64,000 nucleotides of DNA from Trichinella spiralis (Eukaryota), in assembly GCF_000181795.1 (NCBI RefSeq), contig NW_003526941.1, positions 4,031,637-4,095,636 on the forward strand, given 5' to 3'. Under the pieces are notes generated by a model. It was not told the DNA's origin. It ran no database searches and saw only the letters and a program-made list of their open reading frames with translations. Below, one piece after another: positions 12,605 through 25,238 of the stretch. The first letter of the stretch is position 1, and each line of letters starts with the position of its first letter. The position numbers and the translations under genes were made by a program.

Positions 12605-13648
12605 TTATAAACACGCATGATCTAGATTGGCTTCTTCTGGTGTAACTATCGCAACACTTCCGCCAATTCTGGACAATAATGCAGCAAAATGATCTTCGCT
12701 ATGAGTTTGAGCAAAAGCAGAATTTTTGAGGCATAAATGTATGTGCTTGTCGTAACTTTTCTCATAGCCCACAGAAGACAAATCCATATCGCAAGTTATC
12801 TGAAGAAAAAATGCCACTCTATCTGGATGAGAAAAATGTGGCTCAAAAAATGCATGTAAAATATCATATGTAACGGGAGAAAAATTTTGAAATTCTTTCA
12901 TTATTGCCACATTGTAAATATACTGCGAGAAAAAACTTTGTAATCTTTCGTGCAACCGAGTAACACCAAAACTGTCATTAAAATCTTCACTGTCAAAAAC
13001 AGTAACTGACGGGGAATATAGTGCGTTCCCACTGAACAGCTTGCTGGTAATATTTGCCAGTCTCAGAGCTAAACATTGTGCCGTTCGCTTGCCATTTTTA
13101 TCATTCAACAAGGAAATTACAAGGACAGACGTTTCATCTTTCATGGCCGATTGAATACTCGTACTTATCACTTTCCACAGCATACTGTTTTGTAATTTAA
13201 AATCGGACTTCAGATATTTGAGTTCTTTATAGAAGTTTGTCCTCTTCGATGGAGCGTTGCATATGTAAGGTATATAACACAAACAAACAATAACAATAAG
13301 GAAGCATAACAATCTGAAAATATATTCATTCCACAGTTTCTTTACTGTTGAATTTGACACTTCATTAGATTTGAGAATTTCGGACAAGTGGGAGTACGAA
13401 CGGTCAGAATTATGAATTAAAATACTTTCTTTACCGCAAAAATTATCATCGTCAGTAAGATCAGAACAATCTTCTTCATTTGACGAGAATAATTCATTGA
13501 ATTCAGTCTTCAAATCATTTAAATCTGGGTATAATTTCAGAGGATCATTCTTACCTAAATCGAATGTACCAAAATCTTTCTCAGATTCAGAATTTCCTTT
13601 TTCTCTCTTCTCAGAAAAACGTGCATGATTTCTTATCATCTTTTGCAT
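12605..13648 (-). CDS. Torsin-1A-interacting protein (LAP1/LULL1)-like type II membrane protein, single exon
   Basis: Acidic N-terminus, one TM helix (YIFRLLCFLIVIVCLCYI), then a luminal domain. It resembles LAP1C at LKSDFKLQNSMLWK, RTAQCLALRLA, RVAFFLQI and the terminal AALLSRIGGSVAIVTPE (compare LWSRISHLVLPV, which carries the arginine finger). Confidence 0.75.
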   Translation of the reverse strand: MQKMIRNHARFSEKREKGNSESEKDFGTFDLGKNDPLKLYPDLNDLKTEFNELFSSNEEDCSDLTDDDNFCGKESILIHNSDRSYSHLSEILKSNEVSNSTVKKLWNEYIFRLLCFLIVIVCLCYIPYICNAPSKRTNFYKELKYLKSDFKLQNSMLWKVISTSIQSAMKDETSVLVISLLNDKNGKRTAQCLALRLANITSKLFSGNALYSPSVTVFDSEDFNDSFGVTRLHERLQSFFSQYIYNVAIMKEFQNFSPVTYDILHAFFEPHFSHPDRVAFFLQITCDMDLSSVGYEKSYDKHIHLCLKNSAFAQTHSEDHFAALLSRIGGSVAIVTPEEANLDHACL

Positions 13649-14404
13649 CAAAAGTTAATTCCAGACGAAAAAAAATAAAATTAAAATAAAAACGTCAGAA
13701 CCTCAGTTTTAAATCAAATACATCTTAAACAAAAATCTACGAAAAAGGTACAAGCTGAGTCAAAGTACAGTAGGAAAATAAAAATAAAGTTTTATGGATG
13801 TGAGTAATTTTAAACATCGTATCATATTTTTTATGCTTTTTATAATTTATAATAGAGCATGCTTTTAGCGTTTTTTATTTTCATAATTAATCATAAACAT
13901 CAATTCATAGTTTTATTTAAAGTTTGTGCAATCAGTTTACTCGGAACCCTTTTGTTTATTTACTTTGCTTATTGGTAACTTGTAGAAATTTCCATTTGAA
14001 TAATACAGTAACTTGTAATTATGTTTTATGAACTACATATTCTATAACGTTAGCAGTGCCATCTTTTACATCTGAATAAAAGCTACTCATACCGCTTTTT
14101 AAAGCTTAATTCATAATTTTAATTTATTACACGCGTCTCTGACGTGCCTGTCGAATTATCTATTTCCTGTTTACTGAATGATTTAGAATTTGAAGCAAAA
14201 TTGTTTGTATACTGAAGTTAACATAAACGTTGGTTTGATGATCAATGATAATTGAGCGTATTGATCAGTTGCAGATCAATCAGTAGTGCTTCTTCGTCGC
14301 AACACTTTTGCGTCAGTCAGCTTTCCAGCATTGGTGGTACTCCTGTTGTCAGTTTCAGCATTTGCTTATTTTCTATTTCACTTTGTATTAATATTGAATG
14401 AAAA

Positions 14405-16460
14405 ATGTCTAATCAAAGATTGTGTATCCTCAGAGACAAAAGGTTTATTGAATTTCAATTTTATATTTCTACACAGAGTACTTTTTCAGGGACGCTATTA
14501 ATTCACTTAACGTCCAGCGGAGTCAAGCCAATATATGGAGCATACTGAAACATTCTTTGGGAACTGTAAGAAGTGCTGTAATCAATTTAATTATTCTTTA
14601 ACAATTTCATTTCAGGATCTCTCAAGACTGTCAATTCCTGTAGTGTTCAACGAGCCGTTGACATTTTTGCAGCGAATTTCCGAGTATATGGAATACAGCG
14701 ATCTTATAAGTAGAGCTGTTAATGAGACAAATGCATTAATACGTATGGAGGTAAGTTATTTTATTGATTTATTAGAATAAACGTAATATAGTTGGTTGTG
14801 TTTTTTGAACGTGGCAGCGTTTGCTGTCTCCGCTCTTGCATCGAACTGGCAGCGTGTGGGAAAGCCGTTCAATCCAATTTTGGGTGAAACTTACGAACTA
14901 GACCGGTAATGTAAATTAACGATTGTGCAAAATATTTCGATTTATTTTTTTTCAGCTCCAATACAACAGGATTTCGCATTTGTTGCGAACAGGTTAGTCA
15001 CCATCCTCCAATTAGCGCCTTTCATGTTGAAGGCGATGGGTTCAAATTTTATGGAAGTATCCATCCCAAAATAAAGCTGAAAGGACAAGGCTTAGAAATT
15101 GTTCCGAAGGGTATTCTTACCCTTGAGTTGTTAAAGTATGTGATTTTTCTACATATTTTTTATGGAATATTGATTAAAACTATTCAATATGATTTCTTCA
15201 TAATCACTTCAAAGAAATATGTTCACTGTTAGTAGGAAATTCTGTCATTAAAACGTTCGCTATTTAGTTCAATATATTTTTAACAGTGAACGCAAAAGAA
15301 TTGATTTTTAATTCTAAAAGAACTGAAATGCATGCTCAAGGGCTATCATGTACTGTAGTATATGAAATTCAGGATTTATTTTACTGTACTACAGTGTTCT
15401 CATATAAATTTAACATTCCTTATTAGGCAAAATGATGTTTACATGTGGTCTAATGTCAACTGCTCAGTCAAAAATATCATTATTGGAAAAATGCAAATCG
15501 AACTGGTATAAAGTATTGTTATTTGACAATTTTTGAAGAGCTCGTTTTAGCAAGGTACTATGGAAATTGTCAGTCATCGTTCTGGTTTAAAATGTACACT
15601 GCAGTTTAAACCAAATAGTTGTCTTTTCGGACGTGAAATTTCTCGACATGTTCATGGTTTTATTGTCAATCAAAGGTGAGTGCCACTTCGATTTCTTTAT
15701 ATTTTTTAATCCTTCGAATATATACCCGTTTGCTGAGAATATGATCGATAATGTAATTTTAATAATTTTCAGAGAAACTCGACTTAGAACATTGTATGGG
15801 GATTGGACCGAGTTTTTAGCCAGCTGCACTATCGAGATTTACAATGCAAATTTCGAGCAATGGCTAAAGCTACGACAAAAAAGAAATTTACCCAACACGG
15901 TACAATCAAATCGTCCTGCTTCACCAGTCACTTTTCCTGGTTCAAATATTCTTTGGCAGATTAAATCTAGGCCAGATTTCAGCGAAGTGGTACGTTGAAA
16001 CGTTCTGTTGTTTTGAAATATTTAATTTACATTTATATTAGTTTTTCAATTTTACTGAATTTGCAATGGGACTGAACGATATGCAATCAAACAATGACTA
16101 TGCACCTACAGATTCTAGATTTAGACCAGATGTAAGATATCTGGAAAATGGTGAACTTGGTAATCTACTACTTGTGTTTTCCTTTTATGCAAACTGAAAT
16201 ATCTTTGTTTAGACTTAGCTGAAACAGAAAAGCTACGGTTAGAAGAAAAGCAACGCTTTGCTAGATCACTTTCTAAAGAAACTAAACGTCAATGGACTCC
16301 AAAGCATGTTTTTATGCTTTTAGCCTAAACAGTTTTTTAAAGTAACACTGTTTATAGGTGGTTTACAATGGGCGTACATCCAGAAACCAAGGAAGAATGC
16401 TGGATTTTCAGTGACAAATATTGGCTTAAAGACTGGTCATCATGTCCAGATCTGTTTTAG
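14405..16460 (+). CDS. Short oxysterol-binding protein-related protein (ORD only; OSBPL1/2-like), multi-exon
   Basis: [44 protein letters not shown], the EQVSHHPP signature, [22 protein letters not shown] and C-terminal DWSSCPDLF*. Confidence 0.92.
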
Positions 16461-16929
16461 AATAAACATTCCAAACAACTAGTATACAATTATATGTTTA
16501 CGTTATCCTATAAAACTTAATGTTCATTTAGATTGAAATTATGTACATTCTCGAAAATGAGAAAACACTTATGATTTAAATTATTGTTCCCTGTGAACAC
16601 CTACACCACATGACTATTACACATGCAAAACGTACTGCCGATTAAATAAATTTTTCGATAAAACTAATTTGTTATGCTGCACATATATTTATAAACGAAC
16701 AGCTTTGCATCTCCTCATTTAACACTTAGTTAATATCTACATGCTGAGACAAATGTTTTAAAGTTAAAACAATTATTGAAAAAGGGAATGAAACACTGCT
16801 GTAAGCTTAAAACTGAGGAAGATTAATAACAGGTGTTATAACAGTAACTTTCACCAAAAAATAAGTAAAAATCATTTTTTGACTGTCACATTTTATTTCA
16901 ATTTTCATATTTTCAATGCACAGTCAGAT

Positions 16930-17740
16930 CTACTGTTCACCTCCAACAGTTGGCATGTTCTTAATGATATCCGAATCGCCTATATTTTGGAGAATATATG
17001 AAAAAAATTTTAAAAACAGAAAAACGCAATGCATACCTGGATCTGTAATACTCATCATACAAACACGAAAATATTTTCCACACGCGGTGCCCAGTTCAAT
17101 ATTGTTTCCGCTGTAGTGATGAACACCAGTTTTTGCCAACATCGCATAATACTCGATTTCGCTTTTTCTTACATAAAATAATATAAAATAAAAAAATGCT
17201 GCTAATCATAATAAATCAAATACCTCAATGGAGGAGTGTTGTTTGCTAAAATGACTAACTTCGCTTTACCATTTCTTAATGTTCGCAACGTTTGATTATA
17301 TCCCAAAACATACTTGCCACTTTTCATAACAAGCGCAAGCCTTGAATTAATATTCTCCACAGATTTTTTCTAAAAAACAAGCAAGTTATTAAAATAAAAA
17401 TCATTCGCCAACTCTACTGCCATTTTCTAACATTATTAAATTTCAATTTAGTTACATTCAAGAATACGAATAAACATAATATAAATTCATAACATCAACA
17501 TAATATGCACAAATACATATGCATTGAATTCACAATAAATTATACATTTTTTAATTAATAATGTATAATAAATCGTTTAAAATGAATAAAAAGAAACGAT
17601 AAAAAAGAGTGTCACAGAATTGTAAAGTATAACAACAGAAGATAAAACTAAGCTGAATAATCACTTAAACTGAAATGTTAAATTAAATATGCATAAAAAT
17701 TATTTTATAACATTTTACATACCAATTTTCTAGGGGCCAT
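16930..17740 (-). CDS. RPL30: 60S ribosomal protein L30 (eL30), 4 exons
   Basis: An 18-nt first exon MAPRKL (17723-17740) splices to [23 protein letters not shown]...[28 protein letters not shown]...DPGDSDII. Confidence 0.96.
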
Positions 17741-18413
17741 TGCTATAAAACCAATCAAAAATGACAGTTTCCAACAAGCTACCGTATTTAATAAAAACTA
17801 TTAAGAAAATGCAGGTGCAAGTGTGTTCAATATAATGATAAATTATACAATAAGATGATGGATTAAAATTTAATGTTTAATCCGAAAATTTCATTTTATT
17901 ATTAAATTATATGTGAATAATGGTTTGTTGATTTTTTTGCTTTTACAGAATGCTCTGTCTGTTTTAAGAAAGTTCGCAAATCATTACCTACAAATTTTTG
18001 AATTATTTTATTCAATTATATTTTAACTATTTTCAGCATAAAATTAATTTCTTAACTTTATATAGTAAATAAAAACATATTATACAACCCAATCTAAAGA
18101 ACCACTTCAAAAACAAAGAGGAACTTCAAACCAGGTCATCCATCAACTTCAACACAGAAATGTAATACAAATTATATTTATTTGTATTAAAAGTTTACTA
18201 TAATTAATTAGTCACGTACAAGAAATTATACGTCGACATCCATGTTTTATAAATTAATCGGCAAATAAAAGAAGGTAGCAAGAACTACATAAAAAACAGC
18301 AGCATACAAAAGACAGTATCTGGGGGAACTGCTAGCGTTACATTTGCTACTAATTGTAGTTCTTGTTTGCCATTTGGTTCATAGAAACCGCCATTAATTG
18401 ATAGAAGTCAAAT

Positions 18414-18960
18414 TTATTTAGGAATTTCCGTTTGAGCCTTTAAGAATGATAGAAAACGATAAACTAAATACGTCATTTGTAAATTAAAACAAATAAACAG
18501 ATTCTCACTTAATGCTTTTGATGTAGAATGCACATCTTCCTGTTTATCTTTTACGTCGTCTTCCTCGCTTCTTAAATAATCATAAAGAAGCTTTGAAAAG
18601 AATTCAAAAATTTCATGCTTACGATGCACTTTCATTTATGCTAAATGCAGACGGCTTGGAATCATGGAAGTGGATCACAGTGATGTCACCTGTTGTGAGA
18701 CGCTGAAATTCCAGCAATGTCTTCTTGTCTTCACTTGAAAAATTTATCAAATATTCGTTCAATTTTGGATAAATGCTACGACTCCAACGACATAACATGC
18801 TTTTCCAAGAATGAGGAGTCACCTTAAGTCTTTCGGCTTTCTTCCAAAACAGTCGACCTTTGTGATCCTTTATTCGCGATGTTCCCTGCTTTATCTCTGA
18901 TAACACATACTCAATCATACTCACATCTTCATTAAGCGTATACTTCATTCGACCGGACAT
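18414..18960 (-). CDS. Small protein with an N-terminal RAP1/TERF2IP-type Myb domain
   Basis: GRMKYTLNEDVSMIEYV...GRLFWKKAERLKVTPHSWKSMLCRW parallels human RAP1 Myb GRIAFTDADDVAILTYV...GNALWKAMEKSSLTQHSWQSLKDRY. The 3' exons and stop are uncertain. Confidence 0.65.
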
Positions 18961-19672
18961 GGCAACAAAATGTAAGAAGTCAAATCATTTTTATTTTAAC
19001 AACCGCAATTGAAAGCATACAGCATCTTTGAACCTGAAAATCAGAATAATCATTATGCTATAAACTTCTTCATAAATTTAGTTGTTAATGATTTTATGTT
19101 TATTCTAATTTTACTTCTAAAAATGTTAATTTAATTTTTCAGTGTTGACAGCATTATTAACATTTCAATAAACGTCCGTTTTAACATTTTTTAATGAGTA
19201 ACATAGCAGCTTGCTGGTAATGATAAAGCTTTACTTTTTATTAGAAGTATTCCATTTGCTAATTTTCTTCATTTGCTTGGAATATATTTTCTTCTTTTCC
19301 TAGTCAAGTTTTTTTGAAAATTATAACTGTTTAATTTGTTTCATGATTAGATATGGGACATTATTGTTTTAGTTAATAATACTGAATTCCAGTAAGTCTT
19401 AGTTGGTAATAATACCACTCATCTAAATGTTAATGTTTGGAATTAAAAAAATGTATATGTTACTGTCATACGTCTTATGAATAAATAAAAGCAAACCGAA
19501 ACCATTTTATATTTAAACAGATTTTGTTTTTATTTACAACTGTAAAATTCATCACTGAAATATCATTCTATCAAAGTATGTTTTATGATTATATTTAAGT
19601 TTTACTCAAAATTCAACATTTTGTTTCACAGTGACTTCTTTGCCTGAAACTTCAGAGTATAGAAATAGTAAC

Positions 19673-21483
19673 ATGCAAGCATCTCACCTGGAACGGCATT
19701 ATGCAGGAATGTCATCTTCACAACGTGATGTACATGAAAACATTGAATCTGCAGCAAAGCATTCAGCATATCATTTCAAACCAAGAATCATCCTGATGGG
19801 CTCAAAGCGGTTAAAAAACTGATTAAATTTTCAATACGTATAATTGAAAGTAAGTTATTTTAGGAGTGGCAAATCGTCAATTCAAAAAGTAATATTTCAT
19901 AAAATGTCACCAAATGAGACATTGTTCCTCGAAAGCACTACACGAGTAACACAGGAAGGTATGACTTGTAATCATGTTTCATGAAGCATTTTGCTTTACT
20001 AAGATTGCTTACTTTAACTAATTTTCTGTTACTGTTACGAATGTTTAATTTCTTGTTACAATAAGGCCAGTAATTTTTCATATAACTCATTAGCAATAAA
20101 AGAATTAAATTAAATTAAAAGACTTTATTTAATTTCTAAAATATTTTTATTACTAATTAAGGTTATAATTATATTCACAGTTTTGTTCAGAAAATTGAAG
20201 AAGCATGAACTACAGTAATACAATAGTAGTAATGAAGGAGGAATAGTAAATTTTTTCGGCAAAGTTGTATTTCATTTTATTCACTTTTTTAAATATTTAA
20301 CTATTTCAGAAATGTCAAGAAATTCTTTTATTCAATTTCAAATTTGGGAATATCCCGGCCAAGTGGATGCTTTTGATCCAGAATTGGATCCTCATGGCAT
20401 GTTCAGCGCATGTGGGGCAATTATATTTGTCATTGATGCGCAAGTATATAATTTAATGGTTATTGTGGTTTTCATCATTTGTTTTTTGAATTCATTATTC
20501 GTTATGATCAGGATGATTATTCTCGGGCGATTCAAAACCTGGTCGACACTGTTATAAAAGCATCTCGAATTAACTTGAACATAAATTTTGAAGTTTTTGT
20601 TCACAAAGTTGACGGTTTAGCGGATGATCAAAAAGTTGAAGCACAGCGTGAAATTTTTCAACGAGTTAACGATGATTTATTGGATACTCAGTTCTCGAAC
20701 ATCCAACTGAAGTAACAAAATAAAAAAAATATCAATCAATCAATCAATAATTATGTTAATGGTTTGTAGTTTTTATTTGACCAGTATCTATGATCACTCC
20801 ATCTTTGAATCCTTCAGCCGAGTTGTGCAGAAGTTGATACCCGAGTTGGTTGTTCTGGAAAATTTGCTCAACATTTTCATATCGGTTTCTGCTCGACTGT
20901 TATTATCTTCTGATATATATATATTATTTGCATAATCTGTTTCAGAATTCAGCCATTGAAAAAGCATTTTTATTCGATTTGTCGAGCAAAATTTACATTG
21001 CCACAGACAGCAGTCCTGTAGATATGCAGTCGTATGAACTTTGTTGCGATATGATCGACATGATTACAGATGTGACTGTAATTTATGGGTAAACTTTATA
21101 TATGCAAAATGGAATTCTGATTCATCTTCTAGTCATTTGTGCATTTTCAGCAGTAATTCGGAAAAATTCGACACAAGAAAAGAATCGAACTCTTCGTCCG
21201 TAATTCAACTCAGCAATCATACAGTTCTTTATCAAAGACAAGTGAACAGCTATTTGGCAGTTGTGTGCATCTTGCGCAGGGAAAGCTTTACTCATCGTGG
21301 TAAGAGAGATATGATTGATTATTATTTGTCAAATCATTTATGCTGTTGAATGTAACGGCAATTTTTTCAGGGGTGATAAATTTCAATTTCACCTGTCTGA
21401 AAAATGCCATCTCTCAAGTTTTCCTTCATCGTCAGGAAGCATCAAAGTCGACATTAAACAAGAATAGTGTAAATAGACAGTAA
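19673..21483 (+). CDS. RRAGC: Ras-related GTP-binding protein RagC/D (Gtr2 family), multi-exon
   Basis: [70 protein letters not shown] and [25 protein letters not shown]. The start codon is uncertain. Confidence 0.95.
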
Positions 21484-21820
21484 AGACTACTCACTGCCAA
21501 ATGCTGCTCGATCTGCTACTGCAGTCACAACTATTACTGCAGTTACAAAGATTGGTCGAAAAATAACGTGCAAAATAATGGGAAAGTTATTCGTTACTAT
21601 AAACAAACATTATGCACATATTTTCAAAAGATTCATTCATTTTTTTATTTATGGTTGATAAATAATAAATAGTACCGGCGTTTTTCTGAGTAGAAATAAA
21701 TATTCTGTTCCATTACAAAATGGATTCATTAGAGTTGATAAAAAGTTGATAAGGCCACACACAAAAAAAATAAACAAAACAGTCTAATTATATTCATGCA
21801 AATTTATGCTGATATTTATC

Positions 21821-24800
21821 TTACACGTTCCACAGTTCTTCATCGCTTGCGTCGTCCGGCGAGCTGGAAGATTTCTTATCAAACGCAGCATAGCTGCGGG
21901 TACTGTTGTTGTTCGACTTTTCCGCCTAATTTTTGCACACACATATTTTTCATTAAATAATTTTCACATAATAATAATAATAATTTAAAAAAATCATCTA
22001 CTTTGACATTTTTCCTCAATCCTGGTATTATCGTTGCACTTTCAGTTTGATAATTCTTCAACGAAGTACCCTCTGACAATAGATGATCGTCTGCGCTACG
22101 TGGTCTGTCTCGTTGACTTGACGTGAGCAAATCTGCATAATAATTTTCAAAAAAATGATAATAATATTCGACAGAAAACCAAAGGAAACGGTTGTTTACC
22201 AGTCGCTTTTCTACGGGTAGGCAGAGTGTAGATGTGTCTCTGTTGTTTGAGATGCTGTTTCAAGTCGAGCAACGGCGATGCAGGGGAAAAAGCATCGCAT
22301 GAAGCCTGCGTCCGAGTACTGGATTTGCTGCGAAGTGCTGAACGAGGTGTCGTTCTCATTGGTCGACCCAACGAAGATGTATAACGTGCCGGTTGGTCCA
22401 AATCATCGAAATTGAAACTCGAATCCACCGATATGAATTTGTTGTGCTTTTGATAAAGTCTCGCATAACATCTGGACGGTGAAGGGGATTGAAGCAGTCG
22501 ACGTCGTACAGCTTCTAAACGTTGTTTGGAATTGTCCAACGAACTACTTTAAAACCAAAACATATTATCAATATTGTAAATACTTTTTTTAAATAAAAAT
22601 CCACCCCTTACACTTCTGAATATGTAGTTGTAGTAGTAGCAGTGGTGGCTAAAGCGTTGCTATCAGATCCCGCTGCATCTGGATCTGTTGACAATTGTTG
22701 ACGTCGTCTAAGTACGTTAATCATAGCTTCTTTCTCAGCTAACAAAGCTTCCAATTGTTGAATCCTTCATTTAAAAAGAAAACATTAAAAAAACATGTAA
22801 TATATTTAAATTTACAAACAAGGCATACTTCGTCTCCATTTCACCAATTTTGCCTTTCGCCATTCGAAGATCATCCAAAAATCGTTTGGTCTCACTTTGA
22901 GAAGTTTCGATCAATTTTTCCGCCTTTTCGCTGTTCTTCTCCAAAACCCGTATACGCGCATCTTTGGAATCCGACGCTTCACTGAAAGCAGCTTCTTGCT
23001 TTTTCAATTCAACGTAATAAGCCTCCTGCCAGTGGACAAGTTCCGTTTGGGCGTTCAAAATTTGCTCCTCCTTCTCTTGCAATTCTTTCCTCAACGTGCT
23101 GATTGTATTTTCCAAATCTTGCAAACTGCGCGACGTGGATTTCATTTGCAAATTTTCCTTCTTCTGAATTTTCATATAAGCGAGCTCCTTTTCCAGCTCA
23201 GCCTTGACTCGTTTGTGATTTTCCTCCCTTTTGCGCATGCCTTCTTGCAGTGCATGCAACGCGCGTTGCAGTTCGTCGGCTTTTTGCATGTACGACTGCT
23301 TCTTCTTCATCACCTCTTCCGATTTCAACACCTTCTCTTGGGCATTGGTCAACGCTTTGTCCAAAATTTGAATATGCGTTCTCTGCTCTTCCAACGTTAC
23401 CCTTTGCGCATCCAATTCAATCGCCTGACGTTCTTTAGTTGCGAGCAGTTCTTTGTCTTGAAATTAAACAAAAATATCATGCATTTTTTTAATCAAATGG
23501 ATTAATTTTAATTTTTCTCACTTTGTGTAATCAACTGAGCGATCATCATATCTCGACGTGTAATTTCATGCCTCAATTCGGAATCTTCAATCTCTTCCGC
23601 CTGGTAATAAGAGATTTGGTGTAAAGTATTTTCCAACTGATCTGCAAAAATTTGGGAAAGATCAAACGCAACGTTAGCTTAGACAAAACAAATTCGACGC
23701 GTGTTTTCGCTTCTGCTAACCTTGCAGCTGAAGATTGACATCTTTCAGACGGCTGATTTCCAACTGCATACGACTTCGCATCTGTTGTTCAAGTTGCTCG
23801 CGTTTGTCTTGCCGTCGCACAAATTCCTCATATTCTCGGTAAATTTTCTGATATTGCAATTCAAGCTAAAAATATTTTTAAAAAATAATACAAATGATAT
23901 AAATTCAAACTGTGATTCACAACACATAAACATAATAAACATTCACAATACAAAAATAGCTGCCATCATAACAGGACGCATAAAAAAACAATTATTATTA
24001 CTTTATGAGCAGCATTTTTAAATTCACAAAAATGATCCTTTTTTAATTCTCTTACCTGCTGCAATTTGAATGTTTTCTTTATGTATCCTTCCAGTTCAAG
24101 ACGGAGATATCGGTTTTCATCTTTTAACATTTGAATCATTTTTGTCGACACCGCATCATCACTATTATTTGAATCAATTTGCTCATCTTTTAATAATTTA
24201 TTACTTTCACTACCACCGGCTATATCCGACGCACTCGTGGTCACCTCTCTAGCTCCCAAATAAGAACTCGGTGGTTCTGAATGATGTCGAGAACTGTAAT
24301 AATTTGAAACTGCTGAATCCCTATAAAAAAACAAAGTTCACGCAAAATGAGTCGCTGTTACGTCCAATAAACACTTCAGCACAAAAAGAAATTTGAACAA
24401 CTACAATTTCATCATCCTACAATTATTGTGCTTGCCATTTTTGAAAGTTCAAAAATATACGTAATAATTAACATCATCGTTAACGCTATACAAATTACTT
24501 ACTCTTGTCCAGAAACTTTAAGATGCATAACCAATTGCTGACAAAGATTACTTTTTGCAGATATCTCGTTCGTAGATGTGGACATTAAAAGTGGATACGG
24601 TGCTCGACTGACATCGGGTTGTGAAAGACTAGTTTTCTTCACTGCTTGATCTTTGCCAGTGGTTTCACCGGAGGGTGAAGGGCTGGCAAAAATGCTCGCA
24701 TAAGATGGTGGTAGAGCGTGTTCGGGGGTACGATACAAGTTGGAATTTGTTGAGGAAGCACTGGAAACTATATTCAGTGAAGTATTTCCCGATCCTATTG

Positions 24801-25238
24801 AAGAAGTGCTCGTTGATGCATAAGAATTCCATTGCCCAGAAACTGCTTCTCGGACAAGCTGTTTGACAACCTATTATGAAGCAAACGTGGGAAAGCATTA
24901 AAAAATTTAACAGTTACCTGACATTCATCCGGTATACTTGTAGGCATATTCGGTTCACGGACACCAAATGGCGATACTGCTTGTACAGCACGCGACTCTG
25001 GACTGCGATGAACTGTAGATCGACCAGCTTCTCCAGCAACCGTTTGACGATGATGCATGCTAGTCAAATTATGCAACCCTCCAGAACTGCTACCAGTACG
25101 CAAAGAAACCGGAGATATCTGCGTTGATGAGCCAAGTGCCCTTGAGCATTGCGAGTTGTAAATTTTCGTCCATTGTTGTTCTTGGTTAGCGTCAGAAAGC
25201 AGCGAATTCGAATCAGCACCTCCTTGCGGTGACGACAT
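21821..25238 (-). CDS. AMOT: Angiomotin-family protein, multi-exon
   Basis: Coiled coil ENRYLRLELEGYIKKTFKLQQ and EEQRTHIQILDKALTNAQEKVLKSEEVMKKKQSYMQKADELQRAL closely follow AMOT. N-terminal PPSY motif; C-terminus EELWNV*. Confidence 0.85.

Noticed and set aside
17418..17423. Alternative RPL30 first exon ATG GCA|GTAGAG
   Set aside because: It is in phase but has a weak donor. The upstream MAPRKL|GTATGT exon fits the eL30 N-terminus better.
22897..23505. 202-aa plus-strand ORF rich in L and F
   Set aside because: It is the antisense shadow of the angiomotin coiled-coil exon (E/K/Q codons read in reverse).
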